From Opitutales bacterium (GTDB taxonomy: Bacteria; Verrucomicrobiota; Verrucomicrobiia; Opitutales; UBA953): 64,000 nucleotides of DNA. This document shows positions 9,351 through 19,871 of this stretch, in pieces. The notes beneath the pieces were generated by a model, which was given only the letters and a program-made list of their open reading frames with translations, was not told where the DNA came from and searched no databases. A program made the position numbers and the translations under genes. The stretch's first letter is position 1. Every line of letters begins with the position of its first letter. Location of the stretch: positions 17,812 to 81,811 of the forward strand of contig JAEMQU010000004.1 of the NCBI GenBank assembly GCA_016463705.1, read 5' to 3'.

Positions 9351-11120
9351 ATGCAGAATTTCTCGAGTCAGTGCCTAGATCAAACTAGGGCTCTTCTGAA
9401 AATTAACCTCAGTTCGATTACACCGGACGGGTCCGTCCAGCCCGTGGCTGGTGAAACCAGTCGGGCTGACGAGCCAGGCCACGTGGCCCTCGCTCTAGGT
9501 GAGTATTTTCGCGCCACGGGCGACCTCGTATTCGAGCGCCAAAGCATTCCCGAATTAGTTGCCCGAACGATTACCGCCCAGGTGAAACTCTCGCAAGGCT
9601 CAGACAATGGTATGGCCTTTGCCTGTTTAGGACTTCTCGCTTTTGGCTCCACCCGTGAGCGCAATCCCGTTTGGGAAATTCTCAGCGTCGATATCCGAAA
9701 GTTAATCGATGAACGTTTAGCAGTGACGCACGATCACTACGATCACGTTCAAGCTTTCGATATCGCCAAAGCCGTTTGTCGATTTTCTTTTGGCTTATCT
9801 AAAAAAGATGAGACGGGTGCGTTGGTGGATCGTTTTATTGAACGTATCGGTGCGGCCTCCACGGGCGGATTTCATGATGACGCCTCGAAACAAGCCAACG
9901 CGGATAACTTCGGTGGCACGTTTGATCTCTATGGCGTCGTGGCACTCATTTTTATTCGTCAGGCATTACAATTGCATGCCAATAGCCAAGTTCGAGATGC
10001 TAAATTGCCGAAGCTGCGTACGGTTGCTGAAAAATATTTACGGATTATTTTAGAAACTGTGCGGGAAGATGGTTTGGGTTGGACGTTTGGACGCGGTATT
10101 GGGGCGTATGCCCAAATGCACTGTGTGACCCTGATCTTACAGGCCATGCGTGATCGTTTAATTTCCTCAGATAAGGAACCGATCGCCCGCGATTTAGTTC
10201 GTCGTCTGTACACTCATTTCTTCACCACGTTCTTCGACATGGAACATGGCTCCATCGTGATTCGTGACATCGAGCGCGACACTATTCCGGGTCACACGAC
10301 CCGTATGGCGAATTTTGACGCAGCTCGCTATCTTTCGCAGTGGTCACGACTAGCTAAAACAATCGGCGGTAGCATGGACTCGGTTCAAGCGTACAAAGGA
10401 TTAGTTTGTCGCTTCTATTCTTTTGATAAAAATGCCCGCAAAGAACAGGGTTTGTTATCTTACTCCGATGTGGATTCAGGTTTGAATATTCTGATTCCGA
10501 TTGTTTCCCAGGGTTCCCACAAATTCTGCGATTCCCTCGCATTCCCCCACATGCCTGGTGTGTTCGATTGGCCAAGTAATTTTCACACCACGCCCTTTCT
10601 CCCTGAATATACGATTGGCGGAAAAATATACACCCCGTCATTTTACGGTAAGAACATGCAAGTGGTTATGGGTACCAAGTCTGGTACCTATCACTTCAAA
10701 TATGATCAGCCTGATTTGATTGATCACACCGAAAAACTTTCGAGTGGTCTAGCTTCGATGAAAGTGGACTGGGAATTTACTGGTGGAAAAATCACTGGCC
10801 GATTTATCTTAACGCCCAAGGTGGCGCTTGTTTTAGAAAACTTCCGATTCGTTCTACCCATCGCGGCGCTCCACTCCAGAATGGTTTCAGCGGGTGCGTT
10901 GATGCTCGGACCAGAATCGCATCGTTGTGAAATTTTACGTGATGATTTTCATGGCGAATGGCTGGAAACAAAAGTGGTGAGCGAAGATCCTAAACAGAGG
11001 AGTCTATTCGGGAAAATTCACTATTACCAAATCTTGGAGCGCGATAAAACCCTGAGTCTTCGCCCGGGTATTGGATATAATTTTGAAGTCGTACTGCAGC
11101 CTGATATTGTCCGTCTGTAA
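9351..11120 (+). CDS. hypothetical cytoplasmic protein, 589 aa, no family recognised
   Basis: Long clean ORF with codon usage like its neighbours and no signal peptide or TM segment. The helix-rich N-terminal two thirds and beta-rich C-terminal third are judged by composition only. Confidence 0.6.
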   Translation: MQNFSSQCLDQTRALLKINLSSITPDGSVQPVAGETSRADEPGHVALALGEYFRATGDLVFERQSIPELVARTITAQVKLSQGSDNGMAFACLGLLAFGSTRERNPVWEILSVDIRKLIDERLAVTHDHYDHVQAFDIAKAVCRFSFGLSKKDETGALVDRFIERIGAASTGGFHDDASKQANADNFGGTFDLYGVVALIFIRQALQLHANSQVRDAKLPKLRTVAEKYLRIILETVREDGLGWTFGRGIGAYAQMHCVTLILQAMRDRLISSDKEPIARDLVRRLYTHFFTTFFDMEHGSIVIRDIERDTIPGHTTRMANFDAARYLSQWSRLAKTIGGSMDSVQAYKGLVCRFYSFDKNARKEQGLLSYSDVDSGLNILIPIVSQGSHKFCDSLAFPHMPGVFDWPSNFHTTPFLPEYTIGGKIYTPSFYGKNMQVVMGTKSGTYHFKYDQPDLIDHTEKLSSGLASMKVDWEFTGGKITGRFILTPKVALVLENFRFVLPIAALHSRMVSAGALMLGPESHRCEILRDDFHGEWLETKVVSEDPKQRSLFGKIHYYQILERDKTLSLRPGIGYNFEVVLQPDIVRL

Positions 11121-11214
11121 TCCACTTTCTAGCTGTTCGGTAGGTCATTATCGCCTTGAGAAGGTTTCCAGGATTGTCAGTTCCGTCCAGGCCTACTAAC
11201 TATCCCTTTGTCTC

Positions 11215-12756
11215 ATGACGCGTCCCTTTTACATCACTACCGCGATTGATTATGCCAATGGTGCACCCCACCTTGGGCATGCCTACGAGAAGGTCTTAGC
11301 GGATGTTATTTCCCGACACCAAAGAATGTCGGGATACCAAGTGCACTTTCTTACCGGATTGGATGAACATGGCCAAAAGGTTCAACAGACGGCCCAGAAG
11401 CGTGAAGTTAATCCCCAGTTATTTGTCGATGAAATCGCCGAAATCTTTAAAGCGATGCTCAAGTCGTTGAATGTTTCGAACGACGACTATATTCGTACGA
11501 CCGAACCACGCCACAAGTTAGTCGTCCAAAGTTTCTTACAAAAACTCTACGACCAAGGCTTAATTTATTCAGGAAAAAAAACTGATTGGTATTCTACTCG
11601 TCAGGAACAGTTTTTAACCGATAAAGATCGCGACGTGGACGGAAATTGGCCAGAGATTTTTGGTGAAGTAACCCAAACCACCGAAGAAAATTATTACTTT
11701 AAACTATCTCAGTACCAGCCTTGGTTGATTGAGCATATTAAAAGCCATCCTGATTTCATAAATCCCTCTTTCCGTGCGAAACAGGTTCTTGAATTTCTGA
11801 AAGAGCCTTTAAATGATTTATGTATTTCGCGTCCGAAGTCTCGTCTCACCTGGGGAATCGAACTGCCCTTCGATCATAATTTCGTAACCTATGTTTGGTT
11901 TGATGCTCTGACCAATTACTATTCAGCAGTAGCCGATAAAAATCTCTGGCCAGCGGATGTTCATGTTATTGGTAAAGATATTTTATCACCTCCCCACGCC
12001 GTTTATTGGCCCTGCATGCTGAAGGCATTGAATATCGATCCACCCAAGCAGCTACTCGTGCACGGCTGGTGGACGGTCGATAGCAAGAAGGCCTCGAAGA
12101 GTGAAGGTAATGCCAATGATACTTTAAATTTAATCCAATCTCATGGTGCCGATGCTTTCCGCTATTATTTAAGTCGAGAGATGGTCGTCGGACAAGACGC
12201 CGACTTCTCTCACAAGGGATTTGGTGACCGCTACAAAGCTGACTTAGCTAATAATCTAGGAAACCTAGTGAACCGTTTGCTTAACATGGTGGGACGAAAT
12301 TATGCGGGCAGCATTCCTGCGCCGAGCGCCGATGAAGACTTAGAGAAGTCACTGCGCGATTTGTGGTCGGTCACGCAGAAAAAATATTTTGACTCTTTTG
12401 CTACTTATCAAATCAGTCACGCCCTTGAATCGCTCTGGGTGTTTGTCAGTGCGATGAATGCTTTTATTGAAACCCGGGCACCGTGGAAATTAGCGAAGTC
12501 GACCGATCCTCAAGATAAAGCGCGACTCGATTCATGTCTGGCCTATGTGGCCGAAGGTCTACGATTAGTCGGAACAGTTTTATTGCCAATCATGCCCGAG
12601 TCGGCCGCTAAACTTCTGGTAAATATTGGTCAGCCCGTCCCCACTCATTTCGAAGGACAACTTAACTGGTCGACCGTTTGCACGGGCCGAAAGGTGTCAG
12701 AAAAATGCATCCTTTTCCCACAAAACGAAGATTCTGCATCGGGAGTGAAGGCATAG
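11215..12756 (+). CDS. metG: methionine--tRNA ligase (short form)
   Basis: YITTAIDYANGAPHLGHAYE (HIGH-type motif), KASKSEGN (KMSKS-type motif), and a WFDAL block. Confidence 0.9.
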   Translation: MTRPFYITTAIDYANGAPHLGHAYEKVLADVISRHQRMSGYQVHFLTGLDEHGQKVQQTAQKREVNPQLFVDEIAEIFKAMLKSLNVSNDDYIRTTEPRHKLVVQSFLQKLYDQGLIYSGKKTDWYSTRQEQFLTDKDRDVDGNWPEIFGEVTQTTEENYYFKLSQYQPWLIEHIKSHPDFINPSFRAKQVLEFLKEPLNDLCISRPKSRLTWGIELPFDHNFVTYVWFDALTNYYSAVADKNLWPADVHVIGKDILSPPHAVYWPCMLKALNIDPPKQLLVHGWWTVDSKKASKSEGNANDTLNLIQSHGADAFRYYLSREMVVGQDADFSHKGFGDRYKADLANNLGNLVNRLLNMVGRNYAGSIPAPSADEDLEKSLRDLWSVTQKKYFDSFATYQISHALESLWVFVSAMNAFIETRAPWKLAKSTDPQDKARLDSCLAYVAEGLRLVGTVLLPIMPESAAKLLVNIGQPVPTHFEGQLNWSTVCTGRKVSEKCILFPQNEDSASGVKA

Positions 12757-12783
12757 TTAGACAATTCTATTTTACTCTCTACG

Positions 12784-14133
12784 GTGAATAAGGTGGTTAA
12801 TCCAACGTCCAGTGAATTAAGCAATCCCCTGCTCGCTGCAGAAAAAGCATCGGCGGGCTTAGGCTACGTATCACTCTCATTTCAGGTCTCTGAATTGGAT
12901 CCCTTGGCGGTATTAGAGACGCTAAATGTATCGGGTGCGCGGAGTTATTTCGAAAATCCTTCACTACATCAAGCCCATGCCTCGGGACCTCCTTTAGTGG
13001 AGTGGAAAGGTCGTGGTAAAAATAGATTTAACGAGGCGGATACTTGGTTAAGAAAACTCAACGCGAGTATTCAATGTATTGGTGACCAACCTCGAGTCAT
13101 TGCCAGTTTTCCCTTTTACCCAGGTGATGATAAAAATGATTTAGATTCGCATCTTTTTTTACCAACTTGGCAGGTACTAACAGATGCTGGTATTACCACG
13201 ATTACACTTTGCGAAAAAGCTACAGCGGGATGTGCCGATAAATTATTAAAACAAGTGGAGCAGTTCCGCGGGTTTATTTATCAGGCCAATCCCCTGCCTG
13301 CGCATCAACCTTCCGCTACGGTGTTAAGTGAAGTGGGTGGTGCCTGGTTCCCTTCGGCGGTTAAGCGTGCGACCGAACTGATTAAAGAAGCTACCTTTGA
13401 AAAGATTGTCTTAACCAGAGCTTTCGATTGGAGAAAAACGGATAATTTCAACGTCTTCGGTACGCTCCATCGCCTCCGTCGGGCGAATCCGAACTGCAAT
13501 ATTTTCCTGATTAATGAAGGTGATGCCTCAATGGTGGGGGCCTCTCCCGAGACGCTGATTGCATTATCGGATTCAAATCTAAAGACCGAAGCGGTAGCCG
13601 GCACCACGCGTCGGGGCGATTCCGCATCCGAAGATGCCAGTTTAGCCAAAGCACTTCTCGCCAGTGATAAGGATCAACGTGAGCATAGCGCGGTTACTGC
13701 ATCGATTTTACGCCGTTTGAAAATGGTTGGGGTAGTCGGTGCAGCCACGCAAACGCCGGAATTATTACGCCTAGGTAATGTGATGCACATTCGCACTCCC
13801 GTCATTGGAAAGTTGTCGGCTGATCGTACCTTTTTAGAGGTAGCGGGTGAATTGCATCCCACGCCAGCGGTGGGGGGCAAACCGCGTGACTTAGCTCTAC
13901 CCTTTATCCCTGGCTTTGAACCTCACTTACGTGGACTGTATACTGGAGCGGTCGGTTGGATTCAGTCTGACGGCAAAAAGGGAAACCTCTATGTCGCCCT
14001 TCGTTGTGCACGTATTTTAGGTAACACGGCACGCGTTTACGCCGGTGCGGGTATCGTTGCCGGGTCAGATCCTACTCTGGAGAGTGTCGAAACGGAAATG
14101 AAATTGAAGACGATTTTAGATTCTTTGATTTAA
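12784..14133 (+). CDS. menF: isochorismate synthase (chorismate-binding enzyme)
   Basis: GTG start. GTTRRGDSASEDASLAKALLASDKDQREH, HPTPAVGG, GLYTGAVGW and ALRCA are characteristic of MenF/EntC-type enzymes. Confidence 0.8.
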   Translation: MNKVVNPTSSELSNPLLAAEKASAGLGYVSLSFQVSELDPLAVLETLNVSGARSYFENPSLHQAHASGPPLVEWKGRGKNRFNEADTWLRKLNASIQCIGDQPRVIASFPFYPGDDKNDLDSHLFLPTWQVLTDAGITTITLCEKATAGCADKLLKQVEQFRGFIYQANPLPAHQPSATVLSEVGGAWFPSAVKRATELIKEATFEKIVLTRAFDWRKTDNFNVFGTLHRLRRANPNCNIFLINEGDASMVGASPETLIALSDSNLKTEAVAGTTRRGDSASEDASLAKALLASDKDQREHSAVTASILRRLKMVGVVGAATQTPELLRLGNVMHIRTPVIGKLSADRTFLEVAGELHPTPAVGGKPRDLALPFIPGFEPHLRGLYTGAVGWIQSDGKKGNLYVALRCARILGNTARVYAGAGIVAGSDPTLESVETEMKLKTILDSLI

Positions 14134-14571
14134 ATGAAAATGATCGTTCAGCGAGTACGGTCAGCCTCGGTAGCGATAGATCATAAAACTATTTCAGAAA
14201 TAAAAAAAGGTTACCTACTTTTAGTGGGTATCGGAGTAGGCGATACTACTGACGATGTGCAACGACTGGTGAGTATGGTTATGAAAATAAGAATCTTTCC
14301 TGATGCTGAGGGTAAGATGCAGCATTCGATTGCGGAGGTCGGCGGAGAAATTTTAGTGGTCAGCCAATTCACTTTACTCGCGAATTTTGCGAAGGGAAAT
14401 CGACCTTCCTTTCATGATGCGGCGAAACCCGAAGCGGCTCAGCCTTTATTTGAGGCCTTGGTAGAAGGCCTCCGAGCACAATTGGGATCCAAGATTTCAA
14501 CCGGAGTTTTCGGTGCTGATATGCAAGTTTCGCTCTGTAATGATGGGCCAGTCACCATCATTCTGGAATAA
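14134..14571 (+). CDS. dtd: D-aminoacyl-tRNA deacylase
   Basis: Abuts the menF stop (TAAATG). MIVQRV, VSQFTLLA..KGNRPSF, GADMQVSLCNDGPVTI. Confidence 0.9.
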   Translation: MKMIVQRVRSASVAIDHKTISEIKKGYLLLVGIGVGDTTDDVQRLVSMVMKIRIFPDAEGKMQHSIAEVGGEILVVSQFTLLANFAKGNRPSFHDAAKPEAAQPLFEALVEGLRAQLGSKISTGVFGADMQVSLCNDGPVTIILE

Positions 14572-14622
14572 TTAGTTGGGATTTTCTTTGCTAGTTCGGT
14601 CATTTTATTAAAGTTATTCACT

Positions 14623-15381
14623 ATGCTTTCTGTGAGAATTATACCCTGTCTCGATGTCCATGACGGACGGGTCGTGAAAGGTATTAAATTTCAAGAATTA
14701 CGCGATGCGGGCGACCCCGTGGCGATTGCCGCTGCCTATGAAGCCCAAGGCGCGGATGAATTAGTTTTTTTAGATATCACCGCTTCGAGTGATGGACGTA
14801 AGACGATGGTGGATGTCGTCGAGCGCACGGCTGACCAAGTTTTCATGCCCTTAACTGTCGGGGGTGGATTACGAACGCTCGAAGATATTCGCACCATGCT
14901 TAATGCCGGTGCCGATAAGGTTTCTTTAAATACCTCCGCCGTCCAAAATCCTGATTTAATTTTACAGGCATCTAAGAAATTTGGCAGTCAATGTATCGTC
15001 GTTGCGATTGACGCTAAACGCGTGGGCAAGAATCATTGGGAAGTTTTTACGCATGGTGGTAGAAACTCGACCGGGATGGATGTACTCGCTTGGGCGAAGA
15101 AAATCCAGGACTACGGTGCGGGAGAGATTTTATTGACCAGTATGGATGCGGATGGAACGGCCGCTGGATATGATGTTCAACTTTGTCTACGTGTCGCAGA
15201 AATGGTAGAACTTCCCGTGATTGCTTCGGGGGGTGCCGGTAAATTAGAGCACCTCGTAGACGTCGTGCAGAATGGCCGTGCAAGTGCGGTCTTAGCTGCG
15301 AGTATTTTTCACTTCGGAACTTATACCGTACGTCAGGCCAAAGAATATTTGAAGTCACAGGGGCTACCTGTGCGTCTCTAA
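14623..15381 (+). CDS. hisF: imidazole glycerol phosphate synthase cyclase subunit
   Basis: [42 protein letters not shown]. Confidence 0.92.
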   Translation: MLSVRIIPCLDVHDGRVVKGIKFQELRDAGDPVAIAAAYEAQGADELVFLDITASSDGRKTMVDVVERTADQVFMPLTVGGGLRTLEDIRTMLNAGADKVSLNTSAVQNPDLILQASKKFGSQCIVVAIDAKRVGKNHWEVFTHGGRNSTGMDVLAWAKKIQDYGAGEILLTSMDADGTAAGYDVQLCLRVAEMVELPVIASGGAGKLEHLVDVVQNGRASAVLAASIFHFGTYTVRQAKEYLKSQGLPVRL

Positions 15382-16682
15382 CTATTCAGTTTGGGCATCA
15401 CTAAAACTTTGTCCATGCGATGGCCGTCCATGTCCATCACTTCAAAGATATGTCCGAGGCAGTCGATACGATCTCCTTCGACGGGGATGCGTCCGAGTTT
15501 TCGCATAATAAATCCTGAAATGGTGGTGAATCGACGAGATCCTTCATCGGGGAATTTTCCTTTGATACCCGTAGCCTCTTTAAAGTCCTCGAGTGAAATC
15601 ATGGCGTCAACAATCCAACTACCATCGTCGCGCTTACGAACTGGTTTGTGCTGATTGATGACGGTGCCCTCATTCGGAAGTTCGCCCATTACCGATTCAA
15701 GAACATCGTTTAAGGTAACGACTCCACGGACTTGTCCAAATTCATCAATCACGAGCGTCAGGTGAATTTTATCTTTACGGAAACGTGCTAAGAGCTGGGT
15801 GCCGGTGATATTAAGATTCACCGTCGGTGCATCGGTCAGCAGGTCTTTGATTTCAGCGGTACCCACGAGTGATAAATTAGCCCATAAACGTTTGACGGAA
15901 ACGACTCCGAGTGGTCGATCAGCCGATTCGCGAAAAACGGGAAACCAGGTGTGTCCGGAGGCGACAATTTTGCGCCAATTAATTTCTTCCGGGTCATTTA
16001 AATTCAACCAGACAACGCGACTACTCGGTGTCATTAATTGCTCAGCTGTAATTAAGTCTAAGGATAATGCACCATGAACCATACGGTGTTCGGACGCGTG
16101 AAGTACGCCTGAGGCCATACCTTGATCGACAATCATGCGTAACTCATCCTCTGACATGGTGTCCTCGGGGGTGCGTCGACGTCCAAACAGGAGTAATACC
16201 AAATCTGCACAGCCACTTAAAAGTGTAACCAGTGGTGAAGAAATTATTGCCACCCATGCCATCGGCCGAGCTAGCGCGGAGGCAATTAATTCCGGTTTAA
16301 TTAATGCTAAACGCTTTGGGACGATTTCAGCAAAAACAACAGTGATCGCACCAATCAAAAAAGAAACAATTGCTTCGGCCAAGACTTGGCTATGCTCGCT
16401 CCCCCACTTCCAAGATAATTGCGAGAGCCAAGGACTCAGTTTTTCGGCAAGAGGATGTCCGCCATAAATTGCAGCAATGATTCCACCGAAGGTCAGACCG
16501 ATCTGTACGGTTGAGAGAAATTTGCTAGGATCTTTGATTAAGTTTAGCGCTTTTTGGGCACCGGCATCTCCGTTTTCAGCTAATTTCGCTAAACGTCGGC
16601 GATTGGAAGACACCAAAGCCATTTCTGCCATTACGAAAAAGGCCGAAATAACTAAACAAATGCCGATGAGAATGTATTCCAC
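15378..16682 (-). CDS. hemolysin-family / CNNM-type membrane protein (DUF21 - tandem CBS - CorC_HlyC)
   Basis: Hydrophobic N-terminal ~190 aa, a central CBS pair region, and a C-terminal [32 protein letters not shown] transporter-associated domain. Confidence 0.8.
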   Translation of the reverse strand: MEYILIGICLVISAFFVMAEMALVSSNRRRLAKLAENGDAGAQKALNLIKDPSKFLSTVQIGLTFGGIIAAIYGGHPLAEKLSPWLSQLSWKWGSEHSQVLAEAIVSFLIGAITVVFAEIVPKRLALIKPELIASALARPMAWVAIISSPLVTLLSGCADLVLLLFGRRRTPEDTMSEDELRMIVDQGMASGVLHASEHRMVHGALSLDLITAEQLMTPSSRVVWLNLNDPEEINWRKIVASGHTWFPVFRESADRPLGVVSVKRLWANLSLVGTAEIKDLLTDAPTVNLNITGTQLLARFRKDKIHLTLVIDEFGQVRGVVTLNDVLESVMGELPNEGTVINQHKPVRKRDDGSWIVDAMISLEDFKEATGIKGKFPDEGSRRFTTISGFIMRKLGRIPVEGDRIDCLGHIFEVMDMDGHRMDKVLVMPKLNS

Positions 16683-16762
16683 AGGGTGGATTAAATGAAG
16701 ATTGTGGCTAATTCGTCAAATCTCGCTTGTTGATAGTTCAGTAAACCGTAGATTTTCAACGA

Positions 16763-18373
16763 ATGGCTAAGCAATTCGACGCAATTATTATTGGTAGTGG
16801 CATTGGGGGGCTCAGTTTCGCCCTCAATTTAGCCCGCTACGGCCATTCTGTTGCGGTAGTAACGAAGAAGACGAGCAGTGAATCTAACACCAATTGGGCA
16901 CAAGGTGGGATAGCCTGTGTGACTGACAAGACGGATGACTTCATGAGTCACGTCAATGACACGCTCACGGCGGGCGATGGCTTGTGCGAACTCGATGTCG
17001 TAAAACATATTATTGAATCGGGGCCAGCGCGGGTGGCTGAACTCATTGAGTGGGGAGTAAAATTTGAAAACGGTGCTGATGGAAATCCCGATTTAGGTCG
17101 AGAAGGTGGACACTCGAAACGACGAATCCTTCATGCACGCGATATGACCGGCCGTGCGATTGAGTCGGCCCTGATTCGTGCGGTGAATTTACAAAAGAAT
17201 ATCACGATTCTCGAACATCATTTAGCAATCGATTTAATTACGTTATCCAAAATTCAGAATTCGGGCGTGAACACTTTAGAAGATCGAGTAGTCGGAGTTC
17301 ATGTTTTAAATACTAAACAAGCTAAGGTCGAAACTTTATCAGCGACGGTTGTGGTTCTCGCAACGGGCGGAATCGGTCAGGTTTATCAATTCACGACGAA
17401 TCCAGATATCGCTACGGGCGATGGTATCGCAATGGCCTATCGCGCAGGAGCTGAAATCCGTGATATGGAAATGGTGCAATTCCACCCTACGGCCTTAAAA
17501 TCGTCGGATGGCAGTCGTGCCCTGATTTCTGAAGCCGTACGAGGTGAAGGCGCGATTTTAAGAGATATGAATGGCCGAGCATTCATGAAAGATTTTCATC
17601 CTCTGGGAGATTTAGCACCACGCGATGTGGTTGCTCGGGCAATCGACTCGGTCATGAAACGCGATGGTGCGCCCCACGTCCTACTGGATATCACCAAAGT
17701 CGCCCAAGGACATTTACCCGAACGCTTCCCGCATATTTACGCTACCTGTCTCAAAGCAGGTTTTGATTTAACTAAAGATTATATTCCAGTAGTTCCTGCG
17801 GCACACTATCTTTGCGGCGGTGTCACGACGGATCTGAGTGGTCGGACTACCTTGCCTGGTCTTTATGCGGTAGGCGAAGTGGCGAGTACGGGACTCCACG
17901 GCGCAAATCGATTGGCTTCTAATTCACTACTCGAAGCGGTAGTGTTAGCACACGATGGAGCAACGGCTGCGGATAGTGATATTAAAAATAAAACTGAGGC
18001 TCACTTTACTCTACCGGCGTGGGTTGATGGTGCCTTGGGCGACACCGATGAACGTGTGGTCTTGACTCACAATTGGGATGAACTCCGTCGCACCATGTGG
18101 GACTACGTAGGCATCGTGCGTTCCACCAAGCGCTTAAAACGAGCCCAAACACGGATCCGTACCCTGAGTGAAGAAGTCCGAGAATATTATTGGAACTTCA
18201 AGGTAGAACCGCGCTTACTCGAACTACGAAATTTAATTCAAGTGGCAGAACTGATTATTGATTGTGCATTGCAACGTCATGAAAGCAGAGGTCTGCATTA
18301 CACTTTAGATTTTCCGGCCCAAAGTAAGTCGATTGTTCACTCGATGGTTCGTCGAAATCTGAATATAAAATGA
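16763..18373 (+). CDS. nadB: L-aspartate oxidase
   Basis: FDAIIIGSGIGGLS FAD motif, RGEGAILRD, AAHYLCGGV, HGANRLASNSLLE. Confidence 0.9.
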   Translation: MAKQFDAIIIGSGIGGLSFALNLARYGHSVAVVTKKTSSESNTNWAQGGIACVTDKTDDFMSHVNDTLTAGDGLCELDVVKHIIESGPARVAELIEWGVKFENGADGNPDLGREGGHSKRRILHARDMTGRAIESALIRAVNLQKNITILEHHLAIDLITLSKIQNSGVNTLEDRVVGVHVLNTKQAKVETLSATVVVLATGGIGQVYQFTTNPDIATGDGIAMAYRAGAEIRDMEMVQFHPTALKSSDGSRALISEAVRGEGAILRDMNGRAFMKDFHPLGDLAPRDVVARAIDSVMKRDGAPHVLLDITKVAQGHLPERFPHIYATCLKAGFDLTKDYIPVVPAAHYLCGGVTTDLSGRTTLPGLYAVGEVASTGLHGANRLASNSLLEAVVLAHDGATAADSDIKNKTEAHFTLPAWVDGALGDTDERVVLTHNWDELRRTMWDYVGIVRSTKRLKRAQTRIRTLSEEVREYYWNFKVEPRLLELRNLIQVAELIIDCALQRHESRGLHYTLDFPAQSKSIVHSMVRRNLNIK

Positions 18374-19293
18374 AAATTGCGATTGTCGGAGCGGGAGCCG
18401 TCGGCGGCTGGTATGGTGGGCTGTTAGCTCTCAAGGGTCATGAAGTCTATTTCGTGACAAGACGGGATTATGAAATCATTAATCAAAAGGGATTATGCAT
18501 GCGCGACGCCAAGGGGGACAAGATGGTTAAGATCAAGAAAGCCTATCCTGACTGCACTGCGATAGGCGTTTGTGATTTAATGGTGATTGCGGCTAAATCG
18601 ACCGCTAACCACACCCTGCCCGATTTTATTAAACCGCTAATCGGATCGAGAACGACTCTACTAACCTTACAGAATGGCATGGGAAATTGTGAGACCTTTG
18701 CGTCCATTATTCCCGTTGAGAGAATCGTCGCAGGTCTTTGCTTTGTTTGTATTAATCGTCTTAGCCCAGGGGTCGTTGAAAATACCCACTCCGGTTATAT
18801 TCGTATGGCCTCAGCTATCGGTTTGCCTAGTGCAGCGGTTAAACACTGTGTAGAATTGTTTACTGATGCGGGGATTGATTGTCAGTCCGAACAGTCACTC
18901 GACGCTGTGCTATGGAAAAAGTTATGTTGGAATATTCCCTTTAATGGTTTGGCCATCGCGGCGGGTGGAATCACTACCGACAAAATCATGGCTAATGATT
19001 TACTGCGTGAACGGGCGATTGAACTGATGAAAGAAGTGCAGGCCGCCGCGGCGGCTTGTGGGGTACCGTTCAAGGATGAACACATTGAGCGACAATTGAA
19101 AGTGACGATGGGGATGGGTGCCTACCGGCCTTCGAGTTTGATTGATTACCTAGAAGGACGTGAGGTTGAAGTTGTCGGCCTTTGGGGTGAACCGCTTCGC
19201 CGTGGGCAAGCGGCGGGCGTAAACATGCCACAACTCTCTCAATTAAAAACTGAGATAGAATTAAGACTAAAGACGAGAGACCGGCTTACTTAG
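18370..19293 (+). CDS. panE: 2-dehydropantoate 2-reductase
   Basis: ATGA overlap with nadB. MKIAIVGAGAVGGWYGG Rossmann motif, ApbA/PanE layout with LWKKLCWN and SSLIDYLEGREVE (PSxxxD...G...E). Confidence 0.8.
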   Translation: MKIAIVGAGAVGGWYGGLLALKGHEVYFVTRRDYEIINQKGLCMRDAKGDKMVKIKKAYPDCTAIGVCDLMVIAAKSTANHTLPDFIKPLIGSRTTLLTLQNGMGNCETFASIIPVERIVAGLCFVCINRLSPGVVENTHSGYIRMASAIGLPSAAVKHCVELFTDAGIDCQSEQSLDAVLWKKLCWNIPFNGLAIAAGGITTDKIMANDLLRERAIELMKEVQAAAAACGVPFKDEHIERQLKVTMGMGAYRPSSLIDYLEGREVEVVGLWGEPLRRGQAAGVNMPQLSQLKTEIELRLKTRDRLT

Positions 19294-19750
19294 CGGGAGC
19301 GCTCGCGAGGGGCAATTGAGACAAAACACTGTCTACAGCTGTCGCGGTTTTCGCCACGCTCCAGAAGCCGATAGGCACGGCTGAACCGGAATCACCCGAG
19401 AATACTCTTTGTCCCTGTTTGTTAAAAAGAGTCATCGAAAGTGAAACAGAAACTTCATCTTTGCGCAGGTTATTTCCGTTGCGCGAAATGCGCCATGTAC
19501 TGCGGAGAGTAGCATCGGCATCGGCTTTAGACTCTGTAACTGTGTAACCATGACTTCTTAGTTCACCTTGAGCTGTTTCAATAACGGTTGAGTTAAATTG
19601 CATGTCATTCGAAAAATCCGAGGTCTGAGGAGTCTCGACATAAACTTTGGTGAAGTTGATCGATTTTTGAGCTCTGGGGCTGGAACTGCATCCGATAAAT
19701 GAAAATGCAATTAAAACTAAAGCGAGGGGGGTAAACCTGGTGAAGTGCAT
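19286..19750 (-). CDS. lipoprotein, function unknown
   Basis: Signal peptide ending in the lipobox-like FIGC (Cys21); 154 aa; AT-rich upstream spacer. Confidence 0.6.
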   Translation of the reverse strand: MHFTRFTPLALVLIAFSFIGCSSSPRAQKSINFTKVYVETPQTSDFSNDMQFNSTVIETAQGELRSHGYTVTESKADADATLRSTWRISRNGNNLRKDEVSVSLSMTLFNKQGQRVFSGDSGSAVPIGFWSVAKTATAVDSVLSQLPLASAPAK

Positions 19751-19871
19751 AAGTTGTGTATGACTGAGGCTGGAAACTTAACAAGTCGAGAGATAGGGTC
19801 AATTCATACAAATATTGAATATTATTATAAATCTTGAGCGAAAATACCCAAAAATTAAACTTTAGACAGTT

